DNA of 63,950 bases, filler included, from Phoronis australis (lineage: Eukaryota; Animalia; Phoronida), in the NCBI GenBank assembly GCA_002633005.1. It is 5 parts of 5 records of this genome, joined end to end, with 100 filler letters (N's around TTAATTAATTAA, not from the genome) between each part and the next. Parts side by side here need not be neighbours in the genome. Positions count along the whole stretch, not along the records: positions 30,716 to 57,025 come from NMRA01000781.1; 4 more parts are not named here. The stretch is one strand, 5' to 3'. The stretch's first letter is position 1, and every line of letters starts with the position of its first letter. The position numbers and the translations under genes were made by a program. This document shows positions 37,790-49,989 of this stretch, in pieces. The notes under the pieces were generated by a model. It was not told where the DNA came from, did not search any database, and worked only from the letters and a program-made list of their open reading frames with translations.

Positions 37790-38411
37790 TTAATCTCTAC
37801 ACAAGGAAATATGTCTTAATCCGTCTACACAGGGAAATATGTCTTAATCTGTCTACACAGGGAAACATGTCTTAATCTGTCTACACAGGAAAATATGTCT
37901 TGATCTGTCTACACAGGGAAACATGTCTTAATCTGTCCACGCGAGGAAATAGGTCTTGATCTGTCCACGCGAGGAAATATGTCTTGATCTGTCCACGCGA
38001 GGAAATATGTCTTGATCTGTCCACGCGAGGAAATATGTCTTGATCTGTCCACGCGAGGAAATATGTCTTGATCTGTCCACGCGAGGAAATATGTCTTGAT
38101 CTGTCCACGCGAGGAGATATGTGTTAATCTGTCCACGTGAGGAGATATGTCTTAATCTGTCCCCGCGAGGAAATATGTCTTAATCTGTCCCCGCGAGGAA
38201 ATATGTCTTAATCTGTTCGCGCGAGGAAATAGGTCTTAATCTGTCCCCGCGAGGAAATATGTCTTAATCTGTCCACGCGAGGAAATAGGTCTTAATCTGT
38301 CCACGCGAGGAAATATGTCTTAATCTGTCTACGCGAGGAAATATGTCTCAATCTGTCTACACGAGGAAATATACATGTCTTAATCTGTCTACGTGAGGAA
38401 ATATGTTTTAA
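37790..38411 (+). repeat. 28-bp minisatellite x~22
   Basis: Unit ATCTGTCCACGCGAGGAAATATGTCTT(G/A). Confidence 0.95.
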
Positions 38412-38646
38412 TGATCAACTAAGGTGCTTATTTTGTGCCAAAGTTGACTCTATTCTAAAACAAAAGATAAGGCAATGAAAATGATTTCGAACTGCTATTT
38501 GATAGATTCTTCAAGAGATTGAAGCACCCCCTGGTGCTTATTTGTAGTTCTTCACTAGACACCATCCTAAAATGGTCGACAGTTGAGACGGTGCTTTTGA
38601 GTTGCTGACTGCTTATTAGTGGTTCATAAGACTAGATTCCAACCTA

Positions 38647-38755
38647 AAAATGTGCGATACGTTCTCGCTAGCAAAATGTGCGATACGTTCTCGCTAGCAA
38701 AATGTGCGATACGTTCTCGCTTGCAAAATGTGTGATACGCTCCCACCTGCAAAAT
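38647..38755 (+). repeat. 26-bp tandem repeat x4
   Basis: Unit AAAATGTGCGATACGTTCTCGCTAGC. Confidence 0.9.
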
Positions 38756-39534
38756 CTGTTGTAAACATAGTCCCAAACTGTTTCTCAATTCCACTTGCTG
38801 TGTAGTAAAGCTAGTCTTGTGATTTCAAAAAACATTGATAGGTTACAGAATCATACTATTAGTTTGATAAGGAAACATTCAGAACATGTAAATGATTGTA
38901 TTGCCTTTAAACCCTGTGTGCATGGTTCAAATATTCCAGGAATAGCAACCGTGTAACCATGTCGACAGTGCACTCCCGAGACGGACACATTCCAATTTAA
39001 ATTTGGTGAAGTCCATTTGTGTCTTGGATGCAAGCAGCCTGTGTTGCATTCAGGTCATCTGGTTTACTGACTTGTACTTACTCAATAACTTGCTTATGAT
39101 AATACAACACATGTTGTGAAAATTAGAAGCAGGTCCGAGTCACACAAGTACAATAAGCTGATGTTTGATTTCAACTCCTAGTGAAAGTGTTTTCTAAATC
39201 GACAAGTCTAAATCCAGATATCAGTCTAGATTGCTAAGTGTTCCTGCACTCTTTTGTTCACCATCACTGCTCGCATGCTAATTATTTCCCTTGGTTCAAA
39301 GAAATACTTAACCATGCATCAGTAGGTAGGCCTACCAGAGAAGTGAAACCTAACTCATCTGGATTGACAAATTTTATTGTATTTCTTTGTGTCGCAATGA
39401 TTCAAACTTATTAACTTTTCCAAGGAAAAAGATGTCGATAATGGGTATAGGGTTGCTACTAAACAATGTTGTACTTGATATTTTTTCTTCATGGTTAATA
39501 AGCATTTGAAAATTAATCTAGGATTCTAATTTCA

Positions 39535-40692
39535 TTTTTATGCGCCCACATATTTATATGTAGTTGCATATTGCCGTCATCTCTGTCTGGGCATCCGGCG
39601 TCCACAGCTGTATCTCCTAAACCCCGCACAGGATCTTGATCAGATTTGGCAGATGTGTTCCAATGAAGCTGACGACAGATGACGACGAATTTCGGACCTC
39701 TCCGATTACCGGTGTGCCCCCAAGTGGTGATTTGATTTTAGTTTTTTACGCTTACCTATGTATCTTTGGAGGTCCTCAACGGATTTTCATATAATTTGGT
39801 AGTTCTGCATCTATTAGTAAGATGATGCGTTTTCAGACGGATTCGAGGTACTTTGAGCCACCTAGTGGGAATTTTTACTGTTTTCGAGTCTGTTTTTTCG
39901 CATCTGTCATTCTATCAACCGAACCGCTCTAGGGATGATTTTGAAAATTGGCATATAAAGTTCTTACTGTGAAGAGGGCAGCTAAAGATGATTTTCCGAT
40001 GACTTGGATTACTATGGCGCCTCCTAGTGGAAGTTTTGTTGGTTTTTGGGCCCATGGCTGTATCTCCTAAATGCTCTACAGGATCTTTATTGAATTTTGC
40101 TGGTGTATTTATATGAAGTTAACAGAGGATGGCGTTTTTCAGACAGATCGGGCTACCTGTGTGCCCCCTAGTGGCAATTTTAGTTTTTTAGGTTATTGTC
40201 TTTTTATCTGAGAGGGTCGTCAATGGATTTTCATAAAATTTAGCAGTTAGGCATCTATAGTGAGGTGACGCTATCATCCGGTTTTCGGTAAAATTTGAGG
40301 CAATTTGCACCACCTTGTGGCCATTTTTTCTGTTTTCAAGTCTTGTTATTTGGCGTCTGCCCCTCTGTCAACCAAACCACTCTAAGGATGGTTGTGGAAA
40401 TTGGCATATATGTTCCTAATGTGAAGAGGAAATCTGACGATGATTTTCCTACAACTTTATTTACTGTGGCGCCTCCTAGTGATAGTTATGTTTTTTGCGC
40501 TTATAGCCTCTTCGTGGCAATTTCACTTCTTCGTTTTCCCGTGTTCTCTCAGAAGTTCCTTGACGGATTTTTATGAAATTTAGTAAATAACTTTGAGAAC
40601 ACATACAAGTTGTCTGATGGATTAAACACCCTTAGAAGGACACCATTAGTGGTGCATTCGTGGGCGCATTTCAACGCTCCGCATTGCTCTTG
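39535..40692 (+). mobile_element. Helentron-associated (HINE/DINE-1-like) non-autonomous element with internal ~150/450-bp tandem repeats
   Basis: 5' TTTTTATGCGCCCAC and its inverted subterminal copy GTGGGCGCAT (40660-40669), followed by a short tail ending CTTGT. Internal repeat of about 450 bp (GCTGTATCTCCTAAA at 39607 and 40057). Confidence 0.65.
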
Positions 40693-40754
40693 TAATGGAT
40701 GTTGTTAGTACGTGAATTGATACTGCCATTATTCGGTGCTGATCTTGCCAGTTT

Positions 40755-41092
40755 TGTTATGCATTTAATTTCATACTTGTGTGCCATGTGTTATGCATTT
40801 AATATCATACATGTGTGCCATTTTTAATGCATAATACATATGTGCCACTTGTTATGCATTTAATATCATACACGTGTGCCACTTGTTATGCATTTAATAT
40901 CATACACGTGTGCCACTTGTTATGCATTTAATATCATACACGTGTGCCACTTGTTATGCATTTAATATCATACACGTGTGCCACTTGTTATGAATTTAAT
41001 ATCATACACGTGTGCCATTTGTTATGCATTTAATATCATACAGGTGTGCCATGTGTTATGCATTTAATATCATACTTGTGTGCCATTTGTAA
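40755..41092 (+). repeat. 34-bp minisatellite x~10
   Basis: Unit GTTATGCATTTAATATCATACACGTGTGCCACTT. Confidence 0.93.
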
Positions 41093-41505
41093 TAAATGTA
41101 CATGCAATATAGCATGTTCAGTGATCAGCCCGCAGCATAGTCATCAATTGTTTAGTGTAGTTGTATTTGTGACTGTCTTGCCAATAAATCTGTGTTCAGA
41201 AATGGTGCCAATAGCCACCAGCAATACTTGTATATTTAAATGGGAATTATACATATTAAGTGTGTTAATACAAGTCTTGTTCAAATACTTTCACCAGACA
41301 AGAGATCTGTATGTTATACGGTGACAATCATGTAATGTAGTTTATTCCTCATGTTGCCTGATCTTATCACTCACTATCGATGCCCACCTCAAACAGCAAA
41401 ATCAACCCACTGGCCATATCCTAAATTCAAATCTATGTTGTGGTGATAGGAAAATGCATTGCAAAATTTACCTAGTTTTCTTCGAAAATTCAGGTTGTAA
41501 ATAGC

Positions 41506-41714
41506 GTGCCCACAGCAGTATGCAGTACTGTGCCCACAGCAGTATGCAGTACTGTGCCCACAGCAGTATGCAGTAGTGTGTCCACTAAGTTAGACACACA
41601 ATGTCACTAATTTTTTTGAGTGTGGAATATTGAGTGTGGAATATTGAGTGTGGAATATTGAGTGTGGAATATTGAGTGTGCAATATTGAGTGTGGAATAT
41701 TGAGTGTGGAATAT
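41506..41714 (+). repeat. 24-bp x3 and 14-bp x7 tandem repeats
   Basis: Units GTGCCCACAGCAGTATGCAGTACT and TGAGTGTGGAATAT. Confidence 0.9.
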
Positions 41715-42352
41715 TTCAATATGTGGTGTTAGCTTTTCTGATTCACACTTTCACCAACTGCTAACTTTATTATCATTCAAAGTTGAAGGTTATCAAATAT
41801 AATGCAAGTTAATTTACAAATACTTGATAGATTGTACTGGTTATTCAGTTCAGATATCTACTGAAAAACAGCGCTTTAGCAAAGCCTTCCATTACTTTTA
41901 CTTTGAGAAACATCAGCACAGAGCCTGTCTTTGATACTGGCGTGTTGTGAAACATCAGCACAGAGCCTGTCTTTGATACTGGTGTGTTGTGAAACTCACC
42001 ATGGCCTCCTGGTGTCTGGAGGAAAAGGGTGCCACAGTGGCTACACTTGATTGACTGCCCCTCGGTCAAACGGCTAAGACTACTTATTTGTTCTCAATGA
42101 CAACTTCAGGCTTTGAAGCCAATTGGAAGTTTTAAGAGGATGACCCGGCGGACCTAGAGAAGTCGATCAAGTGCAGCCACTGAGAAAAAATGTTGATAAC
42201 TACTACAACATTCTGAGTTCACTAGCCCCTGTCAAGACCTCACTAATTGACGACTCACACGGACAACAAGTATTAGTAACTGTTTAGTTGACGGGAGGAC
42301 TTCTCTTGTCAGAGCTACAAAGTGAAATATAGCTCTAGTCACATTCATTTTC

Positions 42353-42464
42353 CCACTACTTAACTTTAACCACTACTTAACTTTAACCACTACTTAACTT
42401 TAACCACTACTTAACTTTAACCACTACTTAACTTTAACCACTACTTAACTTTAACCACTACTTA
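42353..42464 (+). repeat. 17-bp tandem repeat x~6.5
   Basis: Unit CCACTACTTAACTTTAA. Confidence 0.93.
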
Positions 42465-43022
42465 GCTAACTTTTAAATTACACACCAAAAACTCAACCAT
42501 GTAACACGTGTGACAGAATGTAACTTTCGGATGATAGCAACACTTCCCATAATTCACTGCACACACGTCTTTTTCCTGTATCAGTAGAAAAGAAAATGCT
42601 CATATTACGTAAACATAACTTTTCTAATCATTACCAACCACAGCAATTTTCACGTAAAAAAATGTGCCCATTTTTGTTCTAACAAACTTATTTGGTCAGT
42701 TGCATTCATTCAGCACAACAATATTTTAAAGGACTGCTTACTTGTTTGAGGAGGCTTTCTAGACTACAGTCACTCAAGCGATGAAATCTGAACAAATCAA
42801 ATGACACCAGAGAACATATTGAAAAAGACAAAAGACAATAAAACTGCAAAACAATTATCTGAGCAACAATTGACAACTTCATTAAATTAAATAGAAAATT
42901 GATTGAATCTTTGAACCATACTTTCTAACTAAAAACCTCAACTACATCAACATACAACCACGTGCTATCTATGGAAGACCAGTAGAATGTAAATTGACCA
43001 CCAAACAACATTCCAACAGTAC

Positions 43023-43354
43023 TTATTCAGTCACTGAGCCCTCCACAGCACAGTCCTCTGTATCGCCTGGTGACTCACCATCTACATCATCCGTCTCCTT
43101 AGCGACAGCCTCTATACTGCTTGATGTCCCTTCTGCATTACACTCTCCTTCCAACTCCCCAAATTCACACTCCTCACTGACAGGTCCCCTTTCCATAGAA
43201 CCATGCCTTCTCAGTTCCAGGTCTGAAGGAATGTTCCTGGCCTCTTGAATTAACCTTTTGACCCCCACCATCCACTGTGTGACCTCAGTCACATGGTCCA
43301 TCATGAGGCCAAGATGAAAGTTGAAAGCCAAGTCGTACTGTCTTGAGACCAGTG
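43023..43354 (-). CDS. SRA1: SRA1/SRAP terminal exon ([23 protein letters not shown] + acidic tail)
   Basis: Near-identical to SRAP [20 protein letters not shown]. Acceptor gctttcAG. Total CDS 1008 nt = 335 aa + stop. Confidence 0.93.
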
Positions 43355-44744
43355 CTGAAAGCAATCGACTGCATTCATTAATCTGCAAATTGTTCAACAG
43401 TTTTGCCAGCATGTTATTAAGGGACAGCATACTTTCAGATTTCCGTTTCTATAGGTCAGAGTTTGCAAAACTTACAGTTTGTGAATGAGCATATTTTTAA
43501 TCAACATCTAACTGAAAATGCAAAGCATGCAAGCCAATTTTCCTTACGTACTAAAGCCAAGCATAGACCATTGACAACATGACGTGTCAACATTTTGTCG
43601 AAGCTGAACAAGAAAGAGCCAAATGATAATCATGAAAAATCACCATGACAACAGACTTTGTCCATATTAGTGACTCCCATGAAAATGTTTCACAGCCATT
43701 AAAGCAAAACAGTAAGCTTTTACATTGATAATTATGTTTAAGTTCCTAACTCATTTATCAGTCATTTTACACTACAGTGACATCTCACCAATTAAGACTG
43801 CAATATGGCGGACTGCAATATGGCGGATTGCTGACATTTTAGTTCTCTATCAAGATTCGTAGCACCAAGATACGCAGCACCATATTTAATGCTTTTCTAC
43901 TTTCAAGTTCTGAACCGTAGCTACCAACAGACAACATTTTGAAAAAAATTGTGAGAATTCCCAAAAATGTTAGAAGCCCTTGAAAAATTAATAGCAATTT
44001 TGGTGATTATGTTAGTTTAAAACCAGTGAGACTTTACAGTTTTCAATATAAAACGGTAAGGGAAACATTCATTTGTCCAGCTGTGAGGTATACCACTTAC
44101 GATATTAGAATGAAAACATTAACAAACTTAGAGAACTCTGATTTGAATGCACAGTGAGTGATGACCAAATTCAAATCGTGATTTGACAAGGGGTGTGCAA
44201 ATTAACACAACTCATTTGCATGATACCTCAGACAAGAATTACTAGTCATGACAACAGAAATAGACAACACTGATTTTGCTATGGCTATGAAGATCATCTC
44301 TACTCATCTCATACATGCCATATCCTGTGTTACATTAGTGCAACATCATCAAGCTCACAAGACATTGTCACATTGAAGACACTCTATCAGTTTTGTACAT
44401 TGACTGCAGCTTAGTTTTCCAATTATGTTATGCATAATTTGAACAACACCACAATTTCTAAAACTACTGTAACGATCAAGCACGTCATCCACAAGAACAA
44501 CACCACAGTTTCTAAAACTACTGTAACGATCAAGCACGTCATCCACATGGCAAGACATGACTTCACAAACAAAACTTTAAAAACAAAAAAGCAAGGTTTT
44601 CGCAAACTGATCTGTTCATGATGCCAGGTGTTGTACTGCCCTCTGTGACTTTGACGGACAACTTACAAAATCTTAACTATAAATCAATATCAATTTTTAC
44701 ACTAGGGTTAGCAGACAGGCCAAGCCACTGTACTCTGGACCTAC

Positions 44745-44853
44745 CGTGAGCCAGTTTTGACATGGCGACCTTGACCTGTTTACTGAGTTTCCCATTAGTC
44801 CACATCTTGGAGAATATTTCAAGACGCCGCTGTATCTCATCAGTTGTGCGCTT
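44745..44853 (-). CDS. SRA1: SRA1/SRAP exon 4 (KRTTDEIQRRLEIFSKMWTNGKLSKQVKVAMSKLAH)
   Basis: Matches SRAP DDISRRLALL..W..GKLS.PVK. Acceptor gtttAG, donor G|GTAGGT, 109 nt. Absent from the ORF track. Confidence 0.92.
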
Positions 44854-45323
44854 CTAAACGACCAATAAAAACGTGTTAGCAGCAGGCAATGGCCAATTCA
44901 ATGTTATACTTTTGGGATCTGAAGAACTTGACATAGACTATTTAGCCTTAATACTAAACACTACAATGTCATAAGAAAGGTGAAGTATCCAGCACCAGCC
45001 ATAATGCATTTTTGACAATTCATGAAATCTACAAAATGGCATTTGGTTGAAATTATACAAACGTAAAATGCAGACAATTTAAAAAAAAATAAAATCAAGC
45101 AGCAAAGTACAGATCAATCGGTCATTTTCTATACATTACCCAAAAGTCAAAATGATGAACCCACACACAATCATTAAATAAACGACTTAGTCCTAAAGGC
45201 AATAATACATTTAATACATTACATTTTAGTATCCTCAGCGCCCGTCACTCTGCACTGTAACCTTGGTATGCAACAACTAATGGAGGGCAATAGTAAATCA
45301 TTGGATGAAAAATAATAAAATAC

Positions 45324-45616
45324 CTGAATGAATGTTGAGCAAGCATCCACGACTACGTAGAGATGTTTATTGCACGTTTCCTGTAACTCCTCATCACCCA
45401 TTGTCTCCAGTCTCTCTGACAATAAGTCCACACCACTCAGGTCAGATACACGCTCAGTTCTCTCCGTGCCACCCTTTGAGCCAGACTCCGTGTCTCGTGA
45501 TGGCTTGTCGAGATTAGTAGCGCACCCTGCTGGAGTCAATAGTAGTGGTTGGTTTGGCGGTGGCACAACACTGACATCAACAACGCCAGCAGATGGCGTG
45601 CAAGTAAACAGAACAT
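45324..45616 (-). CDS. SRA1: SRA1/SRAP exon 3 (low-complexity linker to ...VVDACSTFIQ)
   Basis: Inside ORF 45219..45638. Acceptor tgtttcAG (phase 1), donor CAG|GTATTT (phase 0), 293 nt. Confidence 0.8.
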
Positions 45617-48600
45617 CTGAAACATATTGTGTAGACAACTAATATGCAGAAAGTGATAACATGAAAACTGTTTAAAAATGAGTTACTCCAGCTATTAAGA
45701 ACGAACAATCAAAGACAATGTTAGCTGAAATATTTCTGCAATTCTACAATCCTCCCTTCCAACCACACAAGCATTATATGAGCACAACATGGGCTTTGAG
45801 TAGTGATTCGGGCAATATTGGTGCCATCTAATGGCCAATGTAATTCCCTGTAAAATGCACAAACAAAAGTAAACATTTGCTTTTTTATTTTTGATTTTTT
45901 GATCATTATTTTAGAAACTGAATTAGTATACACGAGCAGAATAACAATCCTTTGGAGAATTGACTCTTCATAATATAGACCTTTCAGTTATTTTTGGAAT
46001 TTTAACCAAGTGTGGCCCCTTCAAAGTGAGAACAGACCTAGACCCATATGGATGATCCTTTATGGACAACCATTTCCAATTTCATACTGTATAAATAGAG
46101 GTACACATATTTCAAGTATTTTTGCCATCTGAGTATGTCATATCCATCGCTTCCATTGAACAATTATTAAGATATCATATAAGGAACACTTGCAATACAT
46201 TGCTATGAAACAATTATGTCCCTTGTAAGGGACAGCCACAATACATTGCTGTACAACAACCGGGCAAAATCAGTCATTGGCAGTTTGTGTCTCCAGACAG
46301 GATCGAAGTGTAGAGCTGCACATTGCCTATGACCCAGTCTGCGACAGGTAATTTACAGGTAATTTCTGAGAAAGTAAACCAACTATGAATATTTAAATCC
46401 ATTCACAAGCAGAAATTCAATTACCGTATTCGCCGTAATAGCCGCCCAGGGCGCTTAGAAAAGTTCGTTTCAGGGAGGGGGGCGCTTATTATAACCCAAG
46501 GCCATTGAAACCTGCCTCCCGTTCAGTAACGCTAGGACCTCGCTAAAAAGCAAGACTTCGCGAGATCACGTGAGATATTGCCGTGTATTTTAAATAAGAA
46601 CACGTGATGACTTTGACTAGGTTTTAGCTAGGTCCTAGCGTAGGTCCTAGCGTCTACTGAACACACCCCCGGTCCCCGAAACGGGTGAAATCGGAAACTA
46701 AGATTCATCACATTTACGCTCTGTGACATATTTGAAAGACTTACTACAAAACCGTGGTGCATTGCTATCAAACTTTGCTGCTAAATTACGATCATTTTAC
46801 AGAAAATTGTGCTGAAATCACAAGGGCAGGCAAAAACTCGCCGACTGACTGCCTCACAATCGTCGATATTGCAATTTGAATGCTTGAATTAAAATAGTTT
46901 CGACTCAAGCAAATTACCTGAAATCCTCCTTAAGTTTTCTCAGTAGCGCCCCTAAGATTTTTAAGTTCCCATGGAGTCAGGATTAACGGCAGGTTTAAGT
47001 ACAAATCGTGCCATCTACATGTATGATCGGCAACATGAGAAAAATATCTGGACGAATACACGTTGTTCACGTGACGTTTGTTTTGAAGTTCGTCTGCGTT
47101 GAGTAAGCGAGCGTGTGCATATCACCAGAGTTCATTTTCCAGAGCAGATACCGTCTTTTGACCAGAGCCACGCAATCTAACGAGCTAGATGTGCATTGTA
47201 TCTAAAGAAATTTGCACTAGCAGTAGGCCTAAACCAGAGCGTGTTTCATTCAGCACTTGCTGGTCTCATTTGCTAAAAACGTTCGACATTTGTCTTGGTA
47301 AGGCCCAGATTAGGTCGCCGTGTGGCTGGATGCGTATGTGACAGTTACTGTTCGGTGTAAGGGTGTGTAAGCATTCACTGTCAGTGGTCATTTTATCGGA
47401 TATTTGGCTTAAAAACACCAATTATGGTTAATCAAACAATTCAACTTTAAAATAATGCACTATCTTTTACAGTATTAGAAACTGTCGGAAATTAGTGCCA
47501 ATATTCATTTCTTGCCGATGATATGCTACCCGTTTCATGAATGATAACACTGGCCAAGCTTTTTATTAGTCTTCGATTCACGGTTTTCATGTGCACAAAG
47601 AAATTTGGATTGCTGTTGAAAGCGAGAAATATCTACACAGCAATCCCGAAGACAAGTACACTATGTCTGTTCTGAAAGGCTTGACCATTGGTCCTTGCAA
47701 GATCAGCAAAACTTTTGTGTTCGTTTTGAGGCATGGCGGAAGTTTAAGTGTATAGTCACGGCTAAATACCGACATAGTGGCGAGGCTCGTGGTCTACAAA
47801 TTCTGCGCACAATAATTTTTTTCATTTTTCAGGACTGTCGGATATTAGTGATAAATTGATGACGTTACTGTAGAATTTTAGGACTGTAGGTAAGGCCTTT
47901 TTCGCACGTACACGTTCATGGACTGGGCGCTGTCACGTGGCGTATATCTTGCCGGTAGGCGGTTGAAATAACACAATTTGATTTGGATGTAATAATGAGT
48001 ATATTGACTAATTGTTTGAATTTCTCTAAATGAAAAATCATAAAGATTAATAAAGAAGCCTAATTTAATCAGTCTGTGATCACGTTTCCCATTCCTGGCG
48101 TCGGCCTTGGATCCAGTGTTACACTTGTTATGAGGAGTTTCCTCTTCTCTTGATCATTCGATCCAGTGTTCCAAGCAGTCTTCATTTGATGAAATGCTTC
48201 GGAATAACCATGAAGTTCAGTCCATCGAACAACATTTATGTTAACATGAATTCAGTCCATCGAATTCCAGATACAATGTATCCCCTTGAAATTCAGTCCA
48301 TCGAATTTCTGCTAAATGTATCGGATTGAAATTCAGTCCATCGAATTTCTATAACTTGTGATATTTCTCAGCAAACCAGTAGCATCTCTTCAGGAATATC
48401 TGCGATATCTCTCTAGCAAGGTGGTTGCCTCTCTCCAAGAAATATCTAATACCTCTATACCAATCTGGTTGCCTCTCGTTGGAAATATGTCTTCTTGAAA
48501 AGCTAACGGTATACTTATACTCAAACAGAATAAAGGTGGGCGGGTTAGATCAAAACATAAAACCCACCAACTTCCTCCAAATGTACTCATAGTTCCAAAA

Positions 48601-49049
48601 CAACTTCCCAGAACAACATCATAAGATTCCACATATGAACCTAAGCTTTCGCCAAATATGGTCACAGACAGACAAATCTTTAAGTAATTTCTGCTGAATA
48701 ATAACAAGACTATTGTTGTTGTCAGAACTGGCTAACCCCACAGTTGACCAATTCCGGTGAATTTAAAGTTACATAATTCTGCTAGCAGAGCATAAACACA
48801 TGGTTAGAGACAAATATACTGATTCATTTCCTATGCACTCATAGGAGGCAATAAATTTCAGTAAACAACTAATACCCTTAATTAATTACACAACAACCGC
48901 TATATACTTAATTAATACTTATACCTCTCATGTAATATTATGATGACTTTTAAAGCAAAAATGATGGAAATGTGGGAGTAAAAAAAGTCTGACGCACATA
49001 AAAAGGGATTCAGTAGAAATTCCCTTTTCAAAATGGAAAGAGTACTTAC

Positions 49050-49304
49050 TATTTGTCACAGTTGTATTTAATGTCGGAGTCCTTTTGGTAAAATCCGTCA
49101 TAGGAGGGGCCATAGGAGGAGCCACAGGCTGAGATGACAGATGGGGTGGAGTTACTGTACTGCTGCTAGTGCTTCCTGGTTGTGCATTGAAATTGTGAGC
49201 TACACGCTTGTTAAGAGGTGACCGCTTAGCTGTACTCTGTAGTGAAGGACTGGCCGGGTTGTACAGAAACATAGGTGGATCATTCCACCCTTTCTCACAG
49301 TTAC
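49050..49304 (-). CDS. SRA1: SRA1/SRAP exon 2 (GNCEKGWNDPPMFLY...RSPLNKRVAH, Pro-rich)
   Basis: GWNDPP and LxKRV motifs of the SRAP N-terminus. Acceptor ttattccAG, donor A|GTAAGT, 255 nt. Confidence 0.92.
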
Positions 49305-49989
49305 CTGGAATAAAAAGCAGGAGTAAAATCTGCATCAAATACATTTTAACTAAGACGATAATGCTTCATACAGTAATACAAAACAGTCAAAACAACTATA
49401 AGCAAGTGCTGTTTTTACCTTGTATCTGCTATTGTAAAATGTTATTCAGAACTTTTGAGGCTTGACAAGGGTTAAAAGCCAAAGTTCTTCAAGAAATTAG
49501 TTATCTGTTAACAGATTTATTAAACTTATTTCTCAATTTGGATACTATTATAAAACGAATTTCTATATGTACTTATATTCTGTTAAATATGACATGACTT
49601 CAGTACCAAACTAACTAATATTCGTTATGAAACTCAAGATCTTGAACAAGATGAGTAGTTAGTGTTGTTATCAGGACACCACGAATCATAGCAATTCATT
49701 TGGTGAAGTTTTCACAGTCTACTACATGTCATGACACTATTATTTTCAGTTGACATTTTCCTCTCAGTTTCATAGTGGCCTTTTGTCCAGCACCGCGCCT
49801 TGCACACCAATTATCTACCATGCTTCACACAATTATCTACCATGCTTCACACAATTTCCAACACGGGTATCAGAAAACGAGATCTACCAAATTTATGTTG
49901 ACCAATTTTTATATTATTACAAAGTGAAAATGATTCTTCATGAGGAATTCAACTTCAGAAGCCAAACAGTTTGAAAATCATCCATAAGT

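Noticed and set aside
48211-48350. CRISPR-like repeat-spacer pattern
   Set aside because: The repeats are only 14-20 bp, the spacers resemble each other, the context is eukaryotic and there are no cas genes. The other arrays in the window have no spacers.
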